Shown in pieces: positions 20,141 to 28,627 of a stretch of DNA of 44,485 nucleotides. This stretch comes from Fidelibacterota bacterium (GTDB lineage Bacteria > Fidelibacterota > Marinisomatia > Marinisomatales > TCS56). Location of the stretch: contig JBDRBK010000128.1 of the NCBI GenBank assembly GCA_043822705.1, positions 1 to 44,485 on the forward strand. Reading direction: 5' to 3'. The number at the start of each line of letters is the position of its first letter. Position 1 is the stretch's first letter. The notes beneath the pieces were generated by a model. It saw only the letters and a list, made by a program, of their open reading frames with translations. It had not been told where the DNA came from and made no database searches. A program made the position numbers and the translations under genes.

Positions 20141-20904
20141 TATTAGCGATCGATGTGGGTAACACCAACATTGTTTTCGGTCTGTTTTCCGACGGCCGGC
20201 TGCTGGATAGCTGGCGCCTGCGCAGCGAGGAATCGCGCACCATCGACGAGAGCTGGGCGCTGTTCCAGCAACTGGCACTGACCTATGAGATCAACCTGCC
20301 CGCCCTGAAAGGGGTCGTCATCGGCAGCGTCGTACCCAAACTGACCTTCGTGTTCCGCAAGATGACCACCCGGTTCCTGGGGATGGAACCATTGGAAGTC
20401 AGCGGCGCCCTGGATCTGGGCATCCGGCTGTTGGTGGATACGCCGCGCGAGGTCGGCGCCGACCGTATCGCCAACGCCTACGCCGGGGGACTGCTCTACG
20501 GCAAGCCGTCGATCGTGATCGATTTCGGCACCGCCACCACCTACGACGTGGTGGACGACAACGGCAGTTTCATCGGCGGGGCGATCGCCCCCGGCATCGA
20601 AACCAGCGCCAACTACCTGTTGCAGAAGGCGGCCCTGCTGCACCGCATCGATTTCAACGTTCCGGCCACCGCCATCGGCACCAACACCCAGACCAACCTG
20701 ACCAGTGGGATTCTGTTCGGCGCCGCCGATATGGTCGACGGCATGGTGGAACGGATCAAGAAGGAAAAAGACTGGGGCGATATCCCGGTAGTCGTCACCG
20801 GCGGACTGGGCAAGGTGATCGCCGGCATATCCAAGGCAATCACTCATTTTGACGAAGACTTGACCTTAAAGGGATTGTATCATATTTATAAGGATTGCAC
20901 TTAG
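20137..20904 (+). CDS. coaX: Type III pantothenate kinase
   Basis: IDVGNT, VGADR, IDFGTATT, GGAIAPG, VTGG. Confidence 0.96.
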   Translation: MILAIDVGNTNIVFGLFSDGRLLDSWRLRSEESRTIDESWALFQQLALTYEINLPALKGVVIGSVVPKLTFVFRKMTTRFLGMEPLEVSGALDLGIRLLVDTPREVGADRIANAYAGGLLYGKPSIVIDFGTATTYDVVDDNGSFIGGAIAPGIETSANYLLQKAALLHRIDFNVPATAIGTNTQTNLTSGILFGAADMVDGMVERIKKEKDWGDIPVVVTGGLGKVIAGISKAITHFDEDLTLKGLYHIYKDCT

Positions 20905-21033
20905 CAGCCGGGAGCAGCGAGCGAAGAACACCGAACAAGGATTAACGATTTAAGAAGTCAAAACCTCGAATCCGGCCTCATAGTCATTTCGTATCTGCCG
21001 AAGTCCGTCGTTATTTGGTCGAAAACCTGGTAA

Positions 21034-21142
21034 ACCGACCCCTGCCATCTGATCCCTGATCCCTGCTAAAAACCCCTTGCGACCACTCCTGCCACTATGG
21101 TATAATTAACAGCAACCGGATTCAGGAATCGCACCTGCTACT
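21034..21142 (+). repeat. Promoter-bearing repeat copy 1 (TTGCGA-N18-TATAAT)
   Basis: Aligns with 22147-22257; -35 at 21077, extended -10 at 21101. Confidence 0.7.
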
Positions 21143-21344
21143 GTTATTGATCTTTTAATTCCAGGCATGGAACACTATTAAGAATTTCAGATCAAGATAA
21201 TCGAATCATCATTGGAGTTTCGAATAGTGGGTTTTTAACCAAAAGAAGTATTCCGTCTGAATATTAACCATTAAACACACCTAAAAGAGTCTTGCGCCTT
21301 TTTCGAAGCAAATGGTATTGGCAAGACCGGAGTAATTCACAACA

Positions 21345-22073
21345 ATGAATCCCTCACATTTCTTACACTACGTTTCGATGCTCTTTGTGAGCAGTATCCT
21401 GTGCTCTGGTTCCGTATTTGCCCGCCAGGTTGATATGGACGAACTTTTTATTGGTGGGTTTTACGCCCGTGCGGGCTGGGTTCAATTTGACAAAGCACTT
21501 ATATTGGACCAATTTGGCAACAGCGAACTCGTCCTGGCTCAGAGCAAGAATGGGATTTCAATAGGTGCTGGCATTGCCGCCGTACCGAAGGAGGTCATGG
21601 TTGGAATTAACTTGGGTGCAAATTTTTGGACGACCAAGCTCGAGGATTTACGAACCGGAACCTCCCTCTATGATCCAATTTTCAAAGACATAAGGTATTC
21701 GATGCTGCTTTTCGATTTTAGTATATATCTGGCACCGATTTCCCTGCTTCCGGTTGCACTGACATTTGGACTTACACTTGGCGGATCGTTTCATAGTTAC
21801 AGAATATCTGCGGATATACCACAGTATCTGTTATTTTCCGGCGATATATCAAACTCCATGTTCAGATATGGTACGATCCTCGGATGTAAAATAACACCGT
21901 CGCGGTTTTTCTCACTCGATATTGAATATCGCCCCATGAGCGCCTATTCCGAGAGTCAAAGCGCGGAATATCTTTACACTAAAGGGGATTACAATTATTA
22001 CCGGTTCACCGGTGAGAAGATTGCGGGTCCTTCAGAGCATATATTTATGATTGGATTATCAATCTACCGGTAA
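21345..22073 (+). CDS. Putative outer-membrane beta-barrel protein (AT-rich)
   Basis: Signal peptide, amphipathic strands, C-terminal MIGLSIYR. Confidence 0.65.
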   Translation: MNPSHFLHYVSMLFVSSILCSGSVFARQVDMDELFIGGFYARAGWVQFDKALILDQFGNSELVLAQSKNGISIGAGIAAVPKEVMVGINLGANFWTTKLEDLRTGTSLYDPIFKDIRYSMLLFDFSIYLAPISLLPVALTFGLTLGGSFHSYRISADIPQYLLFSGDISNSMFRYGTILGCKITPSRFFSLDIEYRPMSAYSESQSAEYLYTKGDYNYYRFTGEKIAGPSEHIFMIGLSIYR

Positions 22074-22146
22074 CAACGGTATATAGTAAGCAAACTGTCA
22101 TTTCGCGTCCGCTATAGCCCCCGTTACACAGTCAAAAGTCCAGCCC

Positions 22147-22257
22147 ACTGACCCCTGTTACCTATCCTCGGCCCCTGTCAAAAACCCCTTGCCGCTTCCC
22201 TCACCGCTGCTGTATACTTTGCCGCAACAACCAAATACGGAAATCGTACCTGCTGCT
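22147..22257 (+). repeat. Promoter-bearing repeat copy 2 (TTGCCG-N18-TATACT)
   Basis: Aligns with 21034-21142; -35 at 22189, -10 at 22213. Confidence 0.7.
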
Positions 22258-22369
22258 AATGACGTCTGCGGAAGCAGAACGATATTTCGGATTTAATATT
22301 AAAATGCAGTACAGCAATAGATACCGCCTGAAATGGAGTAAGTCAAATTGGGTTTGAGGGAATAACCAG

Positions 22370-24124
22370 ATGTTCCGTATCCGCCGCATATATGATGATG
22401 TCGTTCCGGCCAATCTGCTGGCCCTGGAGCAGGTCCGGGCGATCCTGCATTCACAATTCGAGTTTTTCGACCAGCAGAAAATCGATCGCATCCCGGAAGC
22501 GTTGCGGCATCCACTGGCAGGCCGTTTTCGTGCGATCCTTTATGTAGCCGAAAATCACCGCGGCACTGTCCGCGGCGTGGCTTTGCTTGATTACGACACG
22601 GATCTGAAATTTTGTTTTCTTGCCAGCCTTGCCAGTGACAAACGCCTGGCTGGTCGTGGTGTGGGCGGAGCGCTCTACGACCGGATTCGCAGTGAGGCGC
22701 TGGCGCTGGGTGTCGCCGGCCTGTTCTTCGAATGCCTGCCCGACGACCCGCGACTCTGTCGCAATCCGGAGGTGCTCAAACAGAACAAGGCGCGCTTGAA
22801 ATTCTATGAGTCCTACGGTGCGCGCCCGATAGCGAACACCGCCTACGAGACACCAGTCGGTCAGGATACGGATAATCCGCCTTATCTGGTATTCGATGAC
22901 CTGGCGCAAAACACGGTGCTCAGCCGCGACTACCTGAAACGGGTGATCGCCCGTATTCTCCAGCAAAAGTACCCGGATATCTGCAAACCGGCCTATGTGC
23001 GAATGGTGCAAAGGTCGGTGGTTGATGATCCCGTCCGGTTGCGGCCACCGCGCTATGTAGCGGTCCCGGTTGTAATGAAGAATGCACCTGTCGTAACCAA
23101 TCTCGCCCGGATCGCCCTGGTGGTGACGGACCAGCACGAGATTCACCATATAAAGGAGCGCGGCTACGTCGAGTCGCCGGTACGCATCCGAGCGCTGCGT
23201 CAGGCGCTCGAACCCACTGGCATGTTTGAGTCCGTGGCACCGCAGACATACGGCGACAACCTGATTACCGCCGTGCACGATCCCAAGTACATCAGGTACT
23301 TCAAACAGGTCTGTAAAAATATTAAGCCGGATACACCCCTCTATCCCTATGTATTCCCGATCCGCAACCGGGCCCGGCCGCCGGTGGAATTGCCGATTCG
23401 GGCGGGATACTATTGCATTGATACCTTCACCCCTATCAGCGGACATGCTTACGTGGCGGCACGGCGCGCCGTCGACTGCACCCTAACCGGCGCCCGCGAG
23501 CTGCTTGCCGGCCGGCGCAGCGCCTACGCGCTGGTACGTCCCCCGGGTCACCACGCCGAGCGGGGCTTCTTCGGTGGCTTCTGCTACTTCAATAATGCCG
23601 CCATTGCCGCCCAGCATCTCAGCCAGTTCGGCAAGGTCGCCATCCTGGACATCGACTATCATCACGGCAACGGGCAGCAGGATATTTTTTACCAACGCCG
23701 GGACGTGCTGACGATTTCGATCCACGGGCACCCGCGTTTCGCCTACCCCTATTTCACCGGCTTCGCCGACGAACGCGGCGCCGGCGAGGGAACAGGGTAC
23801 AACCAGAATTACCCCTTGCCGGAAACGGTTGACGCCGCCGCTTACCTCGGCACGCTGCAAAACACCCTGGCCCGCATCCGGGAGTACCGCCCCACCTACC
23901 TGGTCGTGTGCCTGGGGCTGGATACCGCCAAGGGCGATCCCACCGGCACCTGGAACCTCACCAGCCGCGATTTCACGACCATCGGTACCGAGATCGGCGG
24001 CCTGCGTCTGCCCTGCCTGGTAGTGCAGGAAGGCGGCTATAACAGCCGCTCGATCGGCGCCAACGCCCGGGCCTTCTTTACCGGATTACGGACCGGATCG
24101 GACCAGCAATCACCGCGACATTGA
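22370..24124 (+). CDS. GNAT acetyltransferase-like domain fused to Zn-dependent HDAC/acetylpolyamine amidohydrolase domain
   Basis: GRGVGGALY and FYESYGA (GNAT); RPPGHHA, GFCYFNN, DIDYHHGNG, GLDT, QEGGY (HDAC). Confidence 0.88.
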   Translation: MFRIRRIYDDVVPANLLALEQVRAILHSQFEFFDQQKIDRIPEALRHPLAGRFRAILYVAENHRGTVRGVALLDYDTDLKFCFLASLASDKRLAGRGVGGALYDRIRSEALALGVAGLFFECLPDDPRLCRNPEVLKQNKARLKFYESYGARPIANTAYETPVGQDTDNPPYLVFDDLAQNTVLSRDYLKRVIARILQQKYPDICKPAYVRMVQRSVVDDPVRLRPPRYVAVPVVMKNAPVVTNLARIALVVTDQHEIHHIKERGYVESPVRIRALRQALEPTGMFESVAPQTYGDNLITAVHDPKYIRYFKQVCKNIKPDTPLYPYVFPIRNRARPPVELPIRAGYYCIDTFTPISGHAYVAARRAVDCTLTGARELLAGRRSAYALVRPPGHHAERGFFGGFCYFNNAAIAAQHLSQFGKVAILDIDYHHGNGQQDIFYQRRDVLTISIHGHPRFAYPYFTGFADERGAGEGTGYNQNYPLPETVDAAAYLGTLQNTLARIREYRPTYLVVCLGLDTAKGDPTGTWNLTSRDFTTIGTEIGGLRLPCLVVQEGGYNSRSIGANARAFFTGLRTGSDQQSPRH

Positions 24125-24207
24125 TCTATCTTTTTTGAGAGTGCTACTCTGCCACCTGTCGGACTTATCCGTCCTCCAGCAGATCGTTACTTGCGCTGCT
24201 CCCACCG

Positions 24208-25227
24208 TCAAACGGTCTTCTGCACGTGGTGCAACATGATTTTCACATTTTCATTGACATTTTCCGGGACCAGTTCGATATCTGGATATCGCTGCCTGAA
24301 AACACGGAACACCTCATCGGCAAAACCCTGACCTATGGCTATTACATTATTAAAATCCAGAACAATCGACCGGTATTTTTCCAGACCGTACAACATTCGT
24401 TTGGCACTCGAACGTGAGAGGTATTCCTCTTCAAATAACTTTACGAATATTTTTGTCCGTTCAAAGCGGTAGTCAAACTGTTCCGGCGCATATTGCCCAA
24501 ATATATCGTCCAACTTACGAAGTGACTGCCGGCTGATCCGAAAGTACACTTCCGTGCCGGTCAGATTGCGCCGCTGCTCAAGGAATACATCGGAAGCGAC
24601 AGTAATAAACTTGAGCAATGTTCGATGCGATCTGAAATGCACCAGGTCACCGATTTTAGATGTGAAGAAAATGCCTTCGCCACTATGTTTTTTCGCCATG
24701 GTGGTACTCTGACCTTTCAGCAACTCCCCTACAGCTTCATTTTCATTATTCAATCCGAAATTTGAGAAAATCGAATGGAACACGCCGATACCATAATCCC
24801 GGATCGTAAAACCGGCTTGATAATCATCATATTCAACTAGCACAGAACACTGCTTGGATTGCGAGTGATCAATGGCGTTATTCAACATTTCAGTAAAGGC
24901 ATACTGGAAAATACTGTATGCATTAGCGCTCAGAACACGTCGCAATCCCAGAGAAGAATCAAATTCGGTAAATACTTTATCTTCCGCCAGACCATTCACC
25001 TGAAAGGTCCGAAGTAGCCGCCCACCACCGGTTTTTCTTCCATTGCCAGCCAACTTATAGCGGGCGCCACGAGTGATACCGATTTTTTGAATCTTTCCGT
25101 CAGCAATCAAAGCCTTAATGTGTTTATTCAGCGCCTGCCGCGTAATACCCAGCGCCGCCAGCAGATCGACACCAGTCACGGTATTTGACTGTTTAATAAT
25201 ATTCAATATCTGAATTTTAATATCCAT
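24208..25227 (-). CDS. wHTH + HATPase_c + STAS-like (DUF4325) protein
   Basis: LGITRQALNKHIKAL HTH; EMLNNAIDHS, IRDYGIG, HSGEGIFF ATPase boxes; LDF...IGQGFADEVF. Confidence 0.85.
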   Translation of the reverse strand: MDIKIQILNIIKQSNTVTGVDLLAALGITRQALNKHIKALIADGKIQKIGITRGARYKLAGNGRKTGGGRLLRTFQVNGLAEDKVFTEFDSSLGLRRVLSANAYSIFQYAFTEMLNNAIDHSQSKQCSVLVEYDDYQAGFTIRDYGIGVFHSIFSNFGLNNENEAVGELLKGQSTTMAKKHSGEGIFFTSKIGDLVHFRSHRTLLKFITVASDVFLEQRRNLTGTEVYFRISRQSLRKLDDIFGQYAPEQFDYRFERTKIFVKLFEEEYLSRSSAKRMLYGLEKYRSIVLDFNNVIAIGQGFADEVFRVFRQRYPDIELVPENVNENVKIMLHHVQKTV

Positions 25228-25248
25228 AACACACTGTATTCGTGATAT

Positions 25249-25301
25249 ATAATACATTATTGTCAACTTATTGTCAACCTTTATTATATATTATTGTCAA
25301 C
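25249..25301 (-). promoter_or_regulatory. Promoter with three GTTGACAATAA direct repeats (putative operator)
   Basis: TTATTGTCAAC on + at 25257, 25268, 25291; minus TTGACA-N17-TATTAT. Confidence 0.7.
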
Positions 25302-25872
25302 CAAATGTCATACCATACTTCCCAGTAAAACCCACCGATTTTACTGATTATAAGGATTATTCATTTTACAATCCATAACTTTATGAGCCCTAAGAATAAC
25401 CACTAATTTTTACAAATATTTTTAGCGCAACCCGGATTTAAATAACCTGACACTCCACCATGCAATTCCTCCCTGCTTCCATCCAACATTAAAATTAAAC
25501 ATTTGACATCGGGAAAGTGCTTGCCACTAGCCAGCTAAACATATAAACTTACGTTGCTGTCACAGTCGAAAGGATAATAAACCAGGTTAAGATGGGAAAA
25601 AGTTGAAGTGTTAAACAAAACAGGACTGATTAAGCCAATCCAAGGACAAAAAAATGTTGGCTTGATCTTTAAGATAACAGCCTGGCCTTGGCCATTGTAC
25701 CGTCTGCTAATCCCCGGGGCTGTGTGTACCTGAACTGATATTGGTTAGGTAATAATAAACGTATCATCACAGGGCTACCCCCATGTAATTCTTGAAAATC
25801 GTTATATTGCCCGGCTGGCTAAAATGTGAAAGGTATTCGGATAATAAACCAATTTAATAAACATTGATCAAT

Positions 25873-26262
25873 ATGAAATTTCAAAAAGCCAATATAGTTA
25901 CGATTTCAATCATTTGTATTTTATTATGTAGTTGCGACTTGTCCTTTTTTTTTAAGGATCCATTTGGTGAAATAAAAGGTAAAGTATACTACGAAGATGG
26001 TACTCCATGTGAGGGATTACACGTTTTCTATGGTTCATGGGTATACAATATGGGCCATCCAGCATCTTTGGTGTCTGAAGAATCAGATACAACTGATAGT
26101 AATGGTCAGTTCAGATTTACTAATGTTGAATATTTACATGAATGGACAATTAAAATATTAAACGTACCAGATGGATATAGTTCTTCTCCGGAATATCATA
26201 AATCTAAACTTGATAGAGAAGAAATTGTTGATATCACTTTCACATTGATTCCAACCGAATAA
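25873..26262 (+). CDS. AT-rich lipoprotein with carboxypeptidase-regulatory/prealbumin-like domain
   Basis: Lipobox LLCSC; GEIKGKVY..DG.P, TTDSNGQFRF.NV. Confidence 0.7.
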   Translation: MKFQKANIVTISIICILLCSCDLSFFFKDPFGEIKGKVYYEDGTPCEGLHVFYGSWVYNMGHPASLVSEESDTTDSNGQFRFTNVEYLHEWTIKILNVPDGYSSSPEYHKSKLDREEIVDITFTLIPTE

Positions 26263-26306
26263 TTTGATTATCTGTCTTAAGACTGGCGTTACTTATTAAA
26301 ACCACA

Positions 26307-27443
26307 CTATAGATGACCCACCACCTCCACTAACTTATCCAGCTCCGCTTCGGTATTGTAGAAATGCGGCGATACCCGCAGATTGCCGTTGCGCAGTGAA
26401 ATATGAATATCCTTTTTATGCAGGTACTCGAAAATCTGCTGGTTGCGCTCCGGGTTGTGGTTGCTGGTAATCAGAATCCCTGATTTGACGCCGTCGCAGC
26501 GGTCGGAAACGATCCGGTAATTACGGGTCAGCAACTGGTGCACCAGGTAGTCGGTCAATTCAATAATCCGGTTTTCGATGGCCGGCTGACCGGCTTCTAG
26601 CAATAGATCAAAGGCACCATTCACGCCCCACACCCCCAGACTGAACGGCGTGGCAAATTCGTAGCGACTGGCATCGGCCTTCAGGGGTTGGTCGTAGGCA
26701 TGGAAATTCAGCAGATCGGACCGGCTCTGCCAGCCCAGGTGCGGCGGGTGGATCCGTTCCTGCAATTCCTCGGTGATGTAGATGAAGCCCACCCCCTGCG
26801 GACCCATCAGCCACTTGGCGCTGCCAGTGGCGATGAAATCGGCCTGGGCGCTGGCATTATCATACTTCAGCGCCCCCAGCCCCTGCATCACATCCACGGC
26901 TAACAGAATCCTCCGGCTGTGGCACCAATCCGCCAGGGCGGCGATATCATTTTTATAGCCGCTGAAATACTGGACCCAACTCACCGCCACCAGGCGGGTG
27001 CGGTCGGTCACTACTTTTTCCAGGTCCGCCGGCGCGACCGCACCCTGCGGCGTATCCAGGAAGTCCAGCGCGACGCCGAACGGCTGCAAATCCCACCAGG
27101 GGTAGACGTTGGAGGGGAACTCCATCCGGTGCAGGATGATCCGATCACCTTTCTGCCAGTCCAGACCGCGGGCCAGCAGGATCATACCGTCGGTGGTGTT
27201 GCGGACGGCGGCGACGCGTTCCTTGGGAGCATTGATCAGGCGGCCGAATTTCTCACGGGCCGCCACGGCCATATCCATGGTATCGAACCAGTTTTCAATT
27301 TTTTCGCCCTGGGCCTGGCGGATATAGGCCAGCAGGTTGGCCTTCACGCGGTTGTTCATCGGCGAGACAGCGGCATGATCCAGATAGACCATCTCGCGGT
27401 CGGTATGGGGAAATTCGGAACGGAATTTTTGCAGGTTGCTCAT
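26307..27443 (-). CDS. Aminotransferase class V PLP enzyme
   Basis: YLDHAAVSP, EFPSN, KWLMGPQG, LRVSPHFYNT; no desulfurase Cys loop. Confidence 0.9.
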   Translation of the reverse strand: MSNLQKFRSEFPHTDREMVYLDHAAVSPMNNRVKANLLAYIRQAQGEKIENWFDTMDMAVAAREKFGRLINAPKERVAAVRNTTDGMILLARGLDWQKGDRIILHRMEFPSNVYPWWDLQPFGVALDFLDTPQGAVAPADLEKVVTDRTRLVAVSWVQYFSGYKNDIAALADWCHSRRILLAVDVMQGLGALKYDNASAQADFIATGSAKWLMGPQGVGFIYITEELQERIHPPHLGWQSRSDLLNFHAYDQPLKADASRYEFATPFSLGVWGVNGAFDLLLEAGQPAIENRIIELTDYLVHQLLTRNYRIVSDRCDGVKSGILITSNHNPERNQQIFEYLHKKDIHISLRNGNLRVSPHFYNTEAELDKLVEVVGHL

Positions 27444-28609
27444 GCGTATTTATGAATCGGTGAAATTTTAATGATTAATTGGAAGCCCGGAAACTCCGCT
27501 TCCAGTTTTTCCTTGAGGGCCTGACAGCAACTGTTCTGCTGTTTTTTAGCGGCCCCGGGATTCATGTTGAGCCCGAACAGGATTACATGATGTTCGTCGG
27601 TGGCGACGATCCGCACATCGTGGAAGCCGGTTACGGTGGTCTCGCCCCGCAAGGTCGCCTGGAGGAAGTCGTGAACCTGGCGTACCAGCGGATGTTCGAT
27701 ATAGACCGGGTCCACGTGCACGGTGGGATTGATCCCCAAGCGGTCCGTGATCGCATCTTCCACCGCCTCGGAAATATCGTGGGTCCGCAGCACTTGCTGC
27801 CCGGCGTCGACCTCGATATGCAGGCTGGCGTATTTATCGCTGCCGTAGCTGTGAACGGTGATGTCGTGGGTACCCAGCACGCCGTTGATGGCCATGGCGG
27901 CCTGGCGGATTTCCTCTAATTCATCGTCACTGGGCGGTTTGCCGATCAGGTCATCGATGGCTTCCCGGGCGATTTCCCAGGCGGTCCCGAGAATGATCAG
28001 GGCCACGCCGACACCGGCCCAGCCATCCAGGTTACCGTAGCCGTAGCGTCCGGCGATCATGGCGATCACCACCAGCACCGATGAAATGGCGTCGGTCCGG
28101 TGATGCCAGGCATCGGCTTTCAGGGCCCCGGAAGCGATCCGGACGGCCAAAAATTCGGCATAGCGGGCGGTGATTTCCTTGATCACGATCGTCAAAATCA
28201 CGGCCACGATCATCCACCAACCGGCGATCATGATCCGCGGTTCCAGGATGCGCTCGATCCCGGATTTGACGAATTCGATCCCCACCACAGCCAGCATCAC
28301 TGCGATCACCAGCGTGGCGATGTACTCCGCCCGGCCGTGTCCGTAGGGGTGCTCGCTGTCAGCCGGTTTTTCCACGGCGTTGAAGCCCCAGATCACGACC
28401 ACCGACGACAGGACGTCTGACAGGGTGTGAATCGCGTCGGCCATCAGACTTATCGAACCGGTAAGCAGTCCCAGCACCAGTTTGACGATAAACAGTAGCG
28501 TGTTGACAATGACGGATACCCAGCCCTGGAATCTGCCGATCCGCGTGCGGTAATGCAAATCGTTGCCGGCTGGTACGAAACGACTGGTGAATGCTTCAAA
28601 TATTCCCAT
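27440..28609 (-). CDS. Cation diffusion facilitator transporter
   Basis: ADAIHTLSD, HPYGHGRAEY, ADAWHHRTD, C-terminal dimerization domain. Confidence 0.93.
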   Translation of the reverse strand: MGIFEAFTSRFVPAGNDLHYRTRIGRFQGWVSVIVNTLLFIVKLVLGLLTGSISLMADAIHTLSDVLSSVVVIWGFNAVEKPADSEHPYGHGRAEYIATLVIAVMLAVVGIEFVKSGIERILEPRIMIAGWWMIVAVILTIVIKEITARYAEFLAVRIASGALKADAWHHRTDAISSVLVVIAMIAGRYGYGNLDGWAGVGVALIILGTAWEIAREAIDDLIGKPPSDDELEEIRQAAMAINGVLGTHDITVHSYGSDKYASLHIEVDAGQQVLRTHDISEAVEDAITDRLGINPTVHVDPVYIEHPLVRQVHDFLQATLRGETTVTGFHDVRIVATDEHHVILFGLNMNPGAAKKQQNSCCQALKEKLEAEFPGFQLIIKISPIHKYA

Positions 28610-28627
28610 TAGCTAATCCTGATAAAT

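Noticed and set aside
22451..23446. 331-aa minus-strand ORF
   Set aside because: Antisense shadow of the GNAT-HDAC gene.
25715..25785. TPP riboswitch
   Set aside because: Only a partial ACCTGA...GGTAAT resemblance; CTGAGA and 3' consensus missing, and the downstream gene is unrelated to thiamine.
26307..27443. Second cysteine desulfurase
   Set aside because: Lacks the catalytic Cys loop, so kept as a generic class V PLP enzyme.
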